Source: Vicugna vicugna
Lineage: Eukaryota
DNA length: 64,000 bases
Direction: 5' to 3'
Assembly (NCBI GenBank): GCA_013265495.1
Contig: MU057651.1
Location: forward strand, 62,001-126,000
The notes under the pieces were generated by a model. It searched no databases and was not told the DNA's origin. It was given only the letters and a program-made list of their open reading frames with translations. Shown piece by piece: positions 12,465 through 25,130 of the stretch. Both the position numbers and the translations under genes were made by a program. How positions within the stretch are numbered: the first letter of the stretch is position 1; each line of letters begins with the position of its first letter.

Positions 12465-13405
12465 AATCCAGTGGTTACTTTTATTCAAAAGTTATGAGAT
12501 ACTGTCTGCATTATTATTTCAATTTTGTTACAAATATACAAAGATTCAAACATGTATCCTTGTTTATCATTCGCTAAATACCACTAAGTTTATACTTGTT
12601 CAGTTTTTCATTCATCAGATATCTACTAGATGTACATGATGTGCTAAAACTCCAATGGCCCAATCCATATCTACATTTCAAAACTTTCTTGAACATCCTT
12701 TTTCTTTGATAACAAAGGGCGCACTCTTAATCTCACTGCCTTCTCTTTGCTAGACTTTTTAAGGCATTTATGGAGAAAAAAATGTCCATCTCTTTTGTGA
12801 AGAATGGCCACTCTGACAAAGAAAAGGAGGCTCACCACATAGAATGATGTCAATAGGCAGATGCAGCCAGATCTTAGATATGTCCTGTTCCCTTATTATC
12901 TTTTGCTCACTTTCTGCTGGTTGTTTGTTGCCTGAGCTTGTTACATGGAGCCTGACCACTCACATACTACTCCCTCAGATGCCATTTCAGATCCAGACAC
13001 TCTGTTAAGAACCAAGGAAAGCTGGTTAGCAGAAAGCATTCTGTCCAGAGACTAGAATTTTAAACTCATCCTTCTCTGAGGTTGACAGGGTATCTTGGAT
13101 CTGCCTGTACATGGAGGAGATGTACATTTTTTCTGGGAATATGCATATCTTATCTTCTATCAAGATATGCCAAGGATTCACACATGAGCTTATAATTTCT
13201 CTTCATGAAGGAAATACTGAATATCTTTAGGCCAATAAAGTCAGAATGTGTGTTTTCCGTAGAAGCTTGTGCTAACATTGGCAATCGAGAGTGAGAAGTC
13301 TGGTAGGTCACAAGCATCTCTGTTCATCAGTTTTTCTGTCTTTTCAACTCTAGCCTTTCTCTTTATAAACTTGTCTTGGACAAACGTGCCTTGTGTCTCG
13401 AGCAC
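12465..13405 (-). pseudogene. Possible decayed terminal coding exon, tentatively PRAME-like
   Basis: Pyrimidine tract and CAG acceptor at 13406, broken reading frames, then AATAAA (12480-12485) with a U-rich downstream element. Resemblance to the last exon of PRAME-family genes is weak. Confidence 0.3.
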
Positions 13406-13542
13406 CTGGAGGAGGGAGGGTTTTGGAATTGATTAGGCATCTGATTCATGAAGTCTGTTTGTTCAATTACATGGCATTTTCATCTGCCTATCCACTTTTC
13501 CCTTTGGTTTCATAAGTGCTACTGTGATGTTATATTCTAGAG

Positions 13543-13857
13543 CAGAGGTTGGCAAACTTTTTCTGTTATGACCAGATAATAAATATGTAGGCTTTGCAGG
13601 CAGGACGTATCATTTCTTTCACAACTACTCAGTTCTGCCCCTGTAATCCAAAACCAGCCACGGACAATGTGTAAATTAATAAATATGGCTGCTTTTCAGT
13701 GAAACTTTATAGACACCAGATTTTGAATTTCATGTAACTTTTACATCACAAAATATTCTTGATCTTTTACAACCACTAAAAAACGTAAAATTTATTTAGC
13801 TCAAAAAAAATAAGCAGTAGGCCAGATTTGGCTCGTGGGCTGTAGTTTGCCAACTTA
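13543..13857 (-). mobile_element. hAT-Charlie MITE, MER58B-like
   Basis: Terminal inverted repeats CAGAGGTTGGCAAAC / GTTTGCCAAC. 8-bp Charlie-type TSD TTCTAGAG (13535-13542) / TTCTAGAA (13858-13865). Confidence 0.85.
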
Positions 13858-14900
13858 TTCTAGAATCCTAACTTTGAAGTTTATTTCCACAGAAGACTCT
13901 CTTCATACATAGTATGTATTTCACCTACTTAGCACATTGCAAAGCAACTTTATTTCCCAAGTTCTATTGGGACACTTAAACCCAGTAGTCCTCCAATAGG
14001 TCATCTCGAAAAGATCTCCACATTTGGGCATCCACTGACACAATCTCCTGGTATCCAACTCAATATAGAATTTTTTTGCATTCATCGGGTTGGGAAAGTG
14101 GTGTGAGGAGGGACTGCCTCAAATTTTAAGTGAGCTTTTCCCTCACATATTTTATACAGTCTAATGAACTGGGGAGATTTCTTGATAAATAACAACTAAT
14201 AAAGAACTAGACAAACAAGGTCTTTCTGTGAAGCTAAACAGGGAGACAGGATTTATCCAGTTCATAGAACAGAGTGAGGATTCAATTCATTGAGAATTCC
14301 AGAGAAGTAAGTGGGACTTTCTCACCTTGATTCCTGAACATCAACAGCCTGGGGAAAGGATGGGAATGGGGCACAGTAGCAGGGGAATGGTAGTAACACC
14401 TTAGTCTATTGGACTTGTGAGTATAAGAAAGACCTGGGAGAACTTCCCCAAATAACTGAAGGTAATATCTAAAGGGTCGGATTACGCATATGCCAGTGGG
14501 AATAAGAGCTTAAATAAAGTTCACAAATTTGTTGCCTCATCAAGTGCACACAGAAGCCCTGGGAGGTGATTATCTTCATCTTGCTGATAAACTGATTTTT
14601 AAAGAGATTATGTCTCATCATTAGGTTTATACTTCTAAATAAGAGATCGAGGAAAGCTGAAACCGAGATTCTGTCACAAGTGCTTAGAAAGTGTTTAGTA
14701 GTGCTCACAATGATTTCATAGGTGATCAAGCTCTTTAAGTAATACTTGTTCAGTTTTGAAAAAATGAGAAAATAGAGATAAGAAAAATTATTGATAATTC
14801 TATGATAGATACCTTAATTTTTACTTTATATATTTTAGATTGTGTTCATCTATAAAATATATATAACTTTAAGAAAAAAAAGAACGCTTTTTTAAACTGC

Positions 14901-14906
14901 TTTATT
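14901..14906 (-). terminator. BEX2: BEX2 polyadenylation signal AATAAA
   Basis: TTTATT on the plus strand about 220 nt past the stop codon, followed on the minus strand by a U-rich tract. Confidence 0.75.
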
Positions 14907-15126
14907 AACATCACAATATATAATGAACATCTCTTCATGCAATAGATAAAACTCTCCTGCTGACAGAAATTTATGGATTGGGTCAAAAACAACAATTAGA
15001 AGCTGGTAAGAGGAGACCCACAAGAAACAAGTAACATCAAAAGGCTTACAACAAAGATACATCACGAACATGTAAGTTTAGGAAGCAGGTGTGTTTCCCT
15101 ATCAACTTCAGGGAAAACATCAGGAT

Positions 15127-15600
<474 letters not shown>

Positions 15601-15863
15601 TCAAGATAAGGAGCCCCGGATGTCAACGGCTTTTCAAATTTTCATTTTCCCACCTGAGAGGCTCCCTACGCCCGGTAGGGGGCCGACAGTCCGAGCTCTC
15701 CCCCCTCCCTCACCCAAAACCCACCATTTTCCCTGCCGATCCATGCCCAGGCCTCTGCAGGCACCAAAATGGAGGACGGGGTTGGGTGGGGGCAGCATTT
15801 GGGGTCTCGGGGTTTTCCACCCGTTGCCTACCCCCTCCTTCCCCCGCTGTCCCCCGCACCGAC

Positions 15864-15941
15864 CTGGGCCTATCCTTGCTGTCTCCTGCTTCTCCCGATG
15901 CTCGCCACGAGTGCGCCGCCGCGACACTTAGACCCGCAGAC
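15864..15941 (-). other. BEX2: BEX2 non-coding exon 2 (BGW-type element)
   Basis: Acceptor ctctgcag|GTCTGCGGG and donor GGCCCAG|gtcggt define a 78-nt exon. It parallels TCEAL7 exon 2 (ctgcag|GTCCGAGGG...CAG|gtcagt). Confidence 0.8.
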
Positions 15942-16366
15942 CTGCAGAGGGCCGGGGTCGGGGGGTAGGGCAGGGGGCTGCCGCAGCCGGGAGCTCGGCC
16001 CCCTCCCGGCCGTGCGCCCCCAACCCGGGCCGCCCGCGCCCCCACCCTCGGCCACCCCCAACCCCGACTCCGAACACCATTTTCCCCACCGAGAAGAACG
16101 GGGGCGGGGCGGGGGTGTCGGAAAGGCTCGCGGTGCAGCGGGAGGCAGGTGTTCGCGAGGGGTCGCCGCCGCAGGGCCGTCCAGCCCGCCCCCACCCCCG
16201 GGCAGGCCTACGGTTTTCTGCGGCCGAACGCCAGGCCGCCGGGGCCGTGGGGGCTGCGGTCTCCGCCCCGGGGCAGCCGGACCCCGGGGGAGGGTCCGCG
16301 AGCCGCGTCCGTTCGCCCGCGCCACCTCCGGAGACCCTTCCCGGGGACCCCCTCCAGGTCCCTTAC

Positions 16367-16460
16367 CTGCTGCCTCTCCGCCTCCTACTCTTGGGGTCCT
16401 CCCCCGGCCCGCACTCCCTCAGGGCCACCGGGAACACGGACCGACAGCGAGCGAGTGACG
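16367..16460 (-). other. BEX2: BEX2 non-coding exon 1 (5' end approximate)
   Basis: Strong donor GCAG|gtaagg at 16367/16366, with a TATA-like CTATAG near 16474-16479. Confidence 0.65.
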
Positions 16461-17249
16461 GTCAGCTCTGAGGCTATAGCGAGGGGCGTGCGAGTCGGCG
16501 CCGGCCGGTCACGTGGGGCCTTCGTCACAGAGAGCGGCCACGCCCCCGCCTGCCTCCGCCCGCCCCCCCACCTCCCCGGCCCCCGGGTCCCTTCTCAGGG
16601 CACCGGCAGGCCTCGTGGGTTCCCGGGCTTTTCTCTGCCTGCCACGGAAAGGCAGTATCTTCTCGGAGGGCCGTTAGCCGTTCCCACTTCTCTGGGGACT
16701 TGTCTTTCCCCTCCTCTGCGCCCAGGATACGCCTCCTTCCACTTGCTGTCCTTTCTGCTACCAATGCTCTCCATTTTCCCTCCACTAAAATGCATAGAAG
16801 AAACGTGTCCGGAAGAGCCCGGGAGGGTGGATTTAAAATAATTCTTAATGTCTCTCTGTTTTATTCCTTTTATTTTAAACTAAAACAGTCAATGTACTTT
16901 TTTTAAAAAAAGAAAAAGTTATTTTTATTTGCAAAACAGTAATAAAGTTGGGAGAAAAAAACCCAACCACCTGTCTCTCTTGCTAAGTCATTACATAAAT
17001 ATAGACTACAGGCAGCTACGTTTTTAGAACTTGGAAAAGGACAGGGCAGCTGATGGCTCCTCTTGTGAGGGGCCCCTAGATACATGAGGCCCTTACATGA
17101 GGTGAGTCAGTAAATGTGTAGTGCCATAGAGTCTTGTTTGTTTTTAAAAACTAGAACAACAGAAATGCCTTCACAAATTTCTGGTTCAAAAGGCAATAAC
17201 CATGTCTTTATTTGCAAGTCGCATGGTCATGTATTTATAGAATTTTAAG

Positions 17250-20200
17250 GGAGCTAACAATAAACCTACTACAGGACTAAAAATTTAATTTAGTACAGTT
17301 GCAGTTGTAGATAGATACACAAAAACTAAATTCTGTTCCTGTAGGCTAGCAATGAAAAATTGGAAATCGAAATTGTGTGCGTGCGTGTGTGTGTGTGTGT
17401 GTGTGTACGAAATGTATGATAGCTTCCATGAAATATTTAGGAATAAATGTAAGGAAACATAGAAAACTTACACACTGAAACTACAAAACTGCTGAAAGCA
17501 CTGAAGATCAAAATAAATGTGAAAATAAACCATTATTCTAGATCAAGAAATTCAGTACTGTCAAGATATTAATTCTCTCCAAATTGATCTATAAACTCAG
17601 TGCAGTCAAAATCAAAAGCACAGCAGATGTCTGTATAAATTGACGAACTTACCTCCAAACTTTTATGGAAATGCAAAGAACCTATAATAGACAAAGTAAT
17701 TTTGAAAAGAAAACCACAAATCTGGAGAATTGCGTTATCTAATTTCCAGACTTACAATGTAGTGTACAAGGTAGTGTAGCTGTGGAGTGTATATAGACAT
17801 TGGATTTATCAAAATTAAAAACTTCTGCTCTTTGAAAGATATGGTTAAGAAAAGAAAGCAAGAAGCTGGGAGAAAATACTTATAAAATGTGTAACAAAGT
17901 GTTTGTATCCAAACAATATATAAAGAGTTCTTAAATTTCAAAATAAGAAGGCAAACTGCAATTTAAAAATGATCAAAGATTTGAATAAGAGTTTCACAAA
18001 AGTACATATACAAATTATCAATGAGCCCATGGAATGATGCTCAATCTCATTAATTGTCAGAAAAATGTAAAAAAAAAAACTCAGTATGAATATCACTGCA
18101 CACTCATCCCAATAGCTAAAATTAAAAAGTCTGACAATCCAAAGTATTTCTGAGGACATGGAACAACTGGTACTCTCATTCATTGCTGGTCAGAAGTTCA
18201 ACCACCTTGAAAGACTTCTTGACATTTTCTTGAAAAGTTAAATATTCCATAAATTCCACTCTTAAGAATTATCCCTAACAGAATTTAAAACGTATTTCCT
18301 CAAAAATATTTGCATGGGAATGTTCACAGCAGTTTCATTAATGATAGCTCCAAAGTGGATACAATTCAAATGTCCATCAAGAAATCAATAGACAAACAGA
18401 TTGTGATGTGTTTATGCATTAGAATACTACTAAGCAGTAAGAAGGAACAAACTACTGGCACAAGCAGTAACAGAGATGCACTTCAAAAAATACTATACTC
18501 AGGAAAAGGTATCAGACACAAGAGTTCATTCTGCATGATTCCACTTATATAAAGTTCTAGAAAAGGCAAAACTAAATTATATTGATATAAATTTAAAAGG
18601 ATCATTGTTTGCCTGACTTGAAGGTTATGATTTTTCTGACTGTAGAAGGGCATAACAGAACTTCCTCAGCTGAGGGAAATGTTCTCTCTCGATGGAGTAG
18701 TGACTTCACTGGCAAATACATTTGTTGAAATCATTGAATTGTATAGTTAAAATGTGTATATCATATTGTATCTAAATTATACCCCAATAAAGGTGATTAA
18801 AAAATCAAATATCTAGGAATACATCTAATTAAATACTTGTAAGACCTCTACATTGAAAATTATAAAATGATTTTTAGAAACATTAAGGATCTAAATAAGT
18901 GTAGAAATATGTATTGGAAGACTCAATACTTTAAAGTCAATTATTCACAAATCGATCTATAAGTTCAAAGCAATCCATATAAAAATCTCAGCAGGTTATT
19001 TTTTTGTTGACCAGCAGATTCCAATTATGTATACAAAAATGCAAAGAAAGAGTCAAATATAGCCAAGACAACCTTCAAGAAGAGCGCTTTAACACTTCGT
19101 ACTAGATACCAAACTTAATACAATGCTATAGTGAATAAATAATATGACATTGTGTCAAATATTAACACATATGCATATCTACACACACACATGGAACTGT
19201 GAAACATACATATCGTCACTTGATTGACAAAGATGACACTGCAATGAAGTGGAGAAAGGTGTTTTTTTTTTATCATAGCAGATCAGTTAAATATGCACGA
19301 AAATATCTGTTAACTCCACCTTAAGTAATACACAAAAATAAACTCCCAATGGGACTCTAAATGGAAAAGGTAAAAATGTCATTTTAATGCAAAATACACA
19401 GGAAATCATCTTCATGACTTGGGAGAAGGCAGTGTTCTTAAAGAGGATACAAAAAAGACTAATTACAAAGGATAAAAGAGATTATAAATTTCACTGTATT
19501 AACATCAGAACCTCCTGCTCACCAAAGACACTGTTAAAAGACTAAGGAACCAAGCCACAAACTAGGAGATTTTTGGAACACATATATGTGAGAAATGATT
19601 TGTATGTATAATGTATAAAGAACTCTTACACATGAATAAGAAAAAGACAGACATTCCAACAGAAAAATGGGCAAACACCTTAAATTAGTAGTTCAAAAAA
19701 CAGAATATCCAAGTATCTAATAAGTTTGTGAAAATATGTTCAACTTCATTAGTTTGCAGAGAAATGCAAATTAAAACTAAAACGTGATACCACTAAACGC
19801 TACCCAGAATGTCTAAAATAATAAAGACGAAAAACACCAAGTGTTTCATGAGTACAACCAGAACTGGTACTACCACTTTAGAAAACTGTGGTAGTACCAC
19901 AGAATATCTAAACTTGACAGAATGTATAAAGGTAAATACATGTACACCCTATGACCCAGCACTCTCACTCTAGATATACCCATAATAAAAATGTGTGCAT
20001 TGGTTTATCAATCACCATTTACACATATGTTCATAATAGCACTTTTTCTTTCTTTCTTTTTTTTAGCTTGATGTATATCTTTCATTTTTTTTAACATTTT
20101 TTATTGATAGCACTTTTTAAGTTGCCAAAAATTAGCAAATACCTAAATGTTCTTCATCAGGAAAATGTATGAGTTAGTTTCATATTTACACAGTAGAATT

Positions 20201-20480
20201 TTATTCAGCAGTAATATGTACAAATTACAACTACACATAGTATGAATGGATCTCACAAAGATAGTATTGAGATAAAGAAGCCAGAGTGGAAAGAGTAATG
20301 TGTATGAGTTTATATGAATTTAAACATAGCCAGAACTATCTATGATGTTAGAATTCAGGTTAGTGGCAGCCTTGGGTGAAGTTTCTACAGTGTTGGTAAT
20401 GTTCTGGGTTTTTTGTTTCATTTTGTTTTGAGTGTTTGTTAAATGGCTTTAGTTTGCAAAACTTAATTGAACTACATATT
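17250..20480 (+). mobile_element. Ancient degraded LINE-1 ORF2 and 3' UTR fragments (at least two pieces)
   Basis: A-rich strand with ORF2 remnants (agagaaatgcaaattaaaac, ccctatgacccagcactctcactc). Boundaries approximate. Confidence 0.7.
17374..17406. repeat. (GT)n microsatellite
   Basis: tgtgtgcgtgcgtgtgtgtg... seen directly. Confidence 0.9.
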
Positions 20481-21185
20481 TATGATTTGGGCACTTTTAT
20501 ATATGTGTGTGTGTGTGTGTGCATATATATATATACACATATATATTACTCTATTTAAAAAATTCCCAAAATGTAAAACAAACTTACATCATTCTCCATA
20601 TAGTAAATTGTTAAACTTAAAAAAAATTCTCACACTATTGAGGGTATGTAATTTGGCACATTCTTTCTGGAGAGCTATTTGACAATAATTATTAAAAGAA
20701 AAATTCATAGTATTTGATGTAGTCAATTAATTTTTTATATTCTATTCTACAGAAAAAATTCATAAGTGTGTGGAAATATTTATGCATAAAAATGTTCACT
20801 GTAGTGAAACAGAACAAAACAATACAAAAAACAAAATATGGAAGTATATATTATTTGACTTAAACAAATTGTCTATCCACATAATTGGCTTCTGTTAAAC
20901 AATAAAAATATACTGTGAAAGTGTATCTAATGATAAAGAAAACTTTTCATATTACATGTTATACAATATAAAAGTAAACTAGAAACAGTATACTCAATGG
21001 GATTCTAATATACATCTATATGCATATATATACATATAAACAAAGAATGTAATAAATAAAATATAATCAATCCTTATTTCTGAATATTCTTATATGATCA
21101 GTATTAAAACCAAAAACTACTAGAAACAAAAATAGCAAATAACAAACTAGGGAATATATGCACAAATATATCATGAATTCATTTT

Positions 21186-21274
21186 TTTTTTTTATGGAGG
21201 TACTGGTGATTGAACCCAGCCAGGAACTGGGCATGCTAAGCATTCACTCTACCACTGAGCTATACTCGCCACCC
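21186..21274 (-). mobile_element. Vic-1-like tRNA-derived SINE
   Basis: Antisense TATAGCTCAGTGGTAGAG...GGGTTCAATC and A-tail. TSD CATGAATTCATTTT at 21172-21185 and 21275-21288. Confidence 0.85.
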
Positions 21275-22084
21275 CATGAATTCATTTTAACCTCATTTTC
21301 CCATGTCAGAAAAAAGTGATATGGAAAAAATCCTTCCTTTCCACATGGAAAATCTATTACTTCCTTCATAAGTTTATTTAAGATACAGGATAAGCCGCTG
21401 TAATATAGAGAACCCCCAAAATATAATGGTTCAAACAAGAGAGAAGTGTGTATTTCTGTCATATAAAATAGTCCAGAGATAGAAAGGGACTTTTGGGCAG
21501 ATAAATTCGTCTGCTCTATGAGGTCAGGTGCCTTTTATTCTATTGCTCTGCCATCTGCTAGATGTTGCCTTTATACTTCATCTGAGTTCTAGAATACAGG
21601 AAGAAGGAAAGAGAAAGTAGTAGGCAAACGATTCTCTTTTAAAAAGTGATACAGAATTTGGATGCTCCACATCTGCTCATATTCCATTACGAAGAACTAA
21701 CAAAAACCATACTGTATTTGGATACAAGGGAGGCTAGGGAATGTTAATTTCTAGCTGAGTGATCAAGAGTTCTTCTAAAACATTGGGAAAGGAAATTCTG
21801 TTACTTAGAGGAAGATGGGGAAAATTGTCACTGGGGACAATTAGCAGTCTTGGGTAAAAGGAGTGATGGCAATAAAGTTAACAATCATCAGCCAAACTTT
21901 AGTAAAGTTAATCATCTGGGATACTGCATCCACACTCAACTCCGTTTAGTGCAAAACAAAAGTTTTCTTCATGTCTAAGAAAAATTAACTGGGTGAATAT
22001 CAGTGTGGTGTAGAGACCTTGATCATCCATATTTACTATAACTTTGTCATAGTTAAAATTTTGTGAACATCATGATTATTTGCT

Positions 22085-22600
22085 TAGGATGGATACCTAG
22101 GAATGAATTTGTGGGCTCAAGGGGCACCCGTGTTTTAATTGCAAATGCCTGAATTCTACAGAAAGGTTGAGAAATTCAGATTCTATTACCTAGAAATAAA
22201 TGAGAAAACCCTTGGGGGAATTTGGAGCACAGACTTTCTGACTTTGTGTCATAAAGAGCTTGCATTGAACCTGCTTTGAGATCATAGACACCATCAGGAG
22301 ACTTAAGCACGTCTAAAGGAGAACTAAGTGTGCTTTTACTCACAAAACAGCATAAGACAGGCCAGAGTAATCAGCAGTAATTACACTGGGTCTGCGTCCA
22401 GTCAGATGGGTCTTCTCTGTTTCCCACGCTACTCGTAGGTCCTGCCGATGTTCTGAGGCTCAGGTCAAGATCTTTTTTCTCCTCGAGGCTTTCTCTATTT
22501 CAAGCCAACCTGGCCATTGCTGTCTCCTAGCTCCTATTGGCCTGATAGTTCACCCTTTCCTTTAGCTTTCTCCAAATGGCCTCATGTGAAGGGATATTTG
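22085..22600 (+). repeat. Ancient duplicated non-coding block, copy 1 (paralogous to 62520-63025)
   Basis: Collinear matches, e.g. caccctttcctttagctttctccaaatggcctcatgtgaagg versus caccctttcctttagctctttctccagatggcctcatgtgaaagg. Confidence 0.85.
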
Positions 22601-23139
22601 GCCTACTCAGAGAGAGTATATCTTTCACCAGTGTAGTGTCCTCCTCTGAGACCCAGCCCTAATCATTCAAAGCACACAGGGCTAGATTTTTAAATTTTGT
22701 CATAGTATTAAAAAAAACTTTTAATTTATGGAATATTCCAAATATATTCAAAAGTTGTTTGGAAAAATATGATGCAACCTCATGTACCCACCACTAAGCT
22801 ATGATAATTTTCAGTTCATGGTCAGTCTGTTTTCTATTCCCACCCTCTCTTTTCCTATTGTATTATTTTGAAGCAAATTCCAGACAACATATAATTTCAT
22901 CTGTTGATACTTCAGTATGTGTCTCTAAAAGATAAGAACTTTTAAAACTTAATCACAATATTACTACACCTAAAGTAATAACTTTTTAATATTAAATATC
23001 TGTTCAATGTTCAAGTTTTCATTTGCCCAATAAATATCATTTTTTAAATTTACATTTGTTTGAATGAAGATCCAATAACACACACATTACCCTTGATATG
23101 TCTCTTAGATATCTTTTAATTCAAAGATTGCTGATTCAT

Positions 23140-23520
23140 TTTTTAAATATATATTTTAATTATGATAAAAATATACACATAACAAAAAATTTACCACTTT
23201 AATCATTTTAAATGTATAGTTCATGGCATTAAGTACATTGTTGTGCAACCATCACCACCATCCATCTTCAGAACTTTTTCACCTTCCCACACTGAAACTC
23301 TGTACCAATTAAACAATAACTTCCCATTCCTCCCTACCCTCCCACAGTCTCTGCCAACCACTATTCTGCTTTCTATGTCTAAAAATTTGCTTATTCTAGG
23401 TACCTCATGAAAATGGAAACATACAATATTTGTCCTTTTGTACCTGGCTTATTTCACTTAACATAACATCTTCAAGGTTCATTTATGTTGTAGTATGCCA
23501 GAATTTCATTCCTTTCATTC
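23140..23520 (-). mobile_element. LINE-1 3' UTR, L1MB-like
   Basis: Typical antisense 3' end: ggcattaagtacattgttgtgcaaccatcaccaccatccatcttcagaactttttc. Confidence 0.75.
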
Positions 23521-25130
23521 TGTCTTTAATTTTGCCAGTTTGATTATAATGTGTGTTGATCTGGACCTCTTTCAGTTCACCTTGGGTGGGACTCTCTATG
23601 CTTCCTGGACCTGGATGTCTATTTCCGTCCTCAAGTTAAGAAAGTTTGCAGCCATTATTTTTTTCAAATAAGTTCTCTGTCTTTTTCCTTCTCTCTTCTC
23701 CTTCTGGGACCCCTTTAATGTGAATGTTAGTGCACTTGATATTGTCCCAGAGGCCTCTTAAACTGTCCTCATTGTTTAAAAATTCTTTTTTCTATTCAGC
23801 ATGGGTGATTTCTGCCACTCCATCTTCCAGTTTCCTGATCCATTCCTGTGTATCATCTAGCCTTCTGTTGATTCTTTCTACTGCATTTTTTATTTCGGTT
23901 ATTGTATTCTTCAGTTCTGTTTGGTTCTTTATATTTTCCAGTTCTTTGTTGAAGTTCTCACTGTGCACATCCATTATTCTTCCGAGTTCAGTGAGTAGCT
24001 TTATGACCATCTCCTTGAGCTCTTTATCAAGTAGATTGCTTATCTCCACTTTGCTTAGTTCTTTTTCTGGGGTTTTGCCTTATTCTTCCTTTTGGAATAT
24101 ATTCCTCTATCTCCTCATTTTGCCTGATTCTCTGTGTTCATTTCTATCTATTAAGCAGGTTGGTTACATTTCCTCATTTTGATGAAGTAGCCTTATGTAG
24201 GAGATGTCCTATTGGGCCCAGTACCATACTCCCTTCTGGTCAACAGAACTGTATGCTCCAGAGGTGCCTGCTATGTGGGTGACGTGGGCTCTTCTATTGT
24301 GATGGGGCAGACCACTCTGGGTACATTGGTAGATGGGGTTGGCTCCCAGCTCAGTTGGCTGCTAGGCCCTGCCTCGTGTTGTGACTGCAAACCTGCTCAT
24401 GGGCAGGGCTGGGTCTTGAGGTGGCTGGCTGTGGAGCTGGGGGGCCCAAGGCTGGTGCCAGTCTGCTGGTGGGTGGGTAGACCTCTGTTGCTAATAGGCT
24501 AGATGGAGGATTCCAATAAATGATGCTTGCTAGCACCAGTGTCCTTGTGGTAGAAGAAGCTCCCCAAAATGGCTGCTGCCAGAATCGATGGCCCCAGAGT
24601 GGGTCCCAGTTGCCTCCTGCCTCTCTGGGAGGCTCTCCAAGATCAGCAAGTAGGTCTGACTCTGTATCCTTTCAAATGACTGCTTCTGCACTAGGACTTG
24701 GAGCATGTCACATTTTGTGTGCTCACTTTAAGAGCAGGGTTTCTGTTTCCTACAGCCCTCCAACTTCCCCATACACAAGCCCTACTGCCTTTCAAAGCAG
24801 ACTTTCTGGGGTCTTGCCTTCCTGGTACAGGACCTCCAGACTGGGGACCTGATGTGAGGCTTAGACCTCTCACTTCTTGGGGACAACCTCTGCAATTGTG
24901 ATTATCTTCCCATTCGTGGGTCACTTACCCAAGACTGTGGGTCCTTATTATGTCTCAGCCCTGCCTACCTATCTCATTGTGGTTCCTTCTTTAAATCTTT
25001 AGTTGTAAAAAATCTTTTCTGCTAGTCTTTAGGTTGTTATCGTAGATGGCTGCTCTGTGAACAGTTGTAATTTTAGTGGGAGGAGGTAAGATCAGGTCTT
25101 CCTACTCTGCTGTCTTGGCCACACCTCTAA
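23521..25130 (-). mobile_element. LINE-1 5' region (ORF1 coiled-coil part and 5' UTR)
   Basis: ORF 23792-24049 MEISNLLDKELKEMVIKLLTELGR...ELKNTITEIKNAVERINRRLDDTQEWIRKLED resembles L1 ORF1p. A GC-richer 5' UTR-like sequence lies upstream. Confidence 0.8.

Noticed and set aside
12645..13380. Possible ZMAT1/KRCC1-like or ARMCX-like similarity (QDKFIKRKAR, FPEK, terminal IW...LEF)
   Set aside because: Only short, low-complexity matches with inconsistent spacing. Weaker than the PRAME-like reading, which is itself tentative.
19865..19899. 12-bp inverted repeat TGGTACTACCAC...GTGGTAGTACCA
   Set aside because: It sits inside a decayed L1 and is most simply a quasi-palindrome mutation, with no sign of function.
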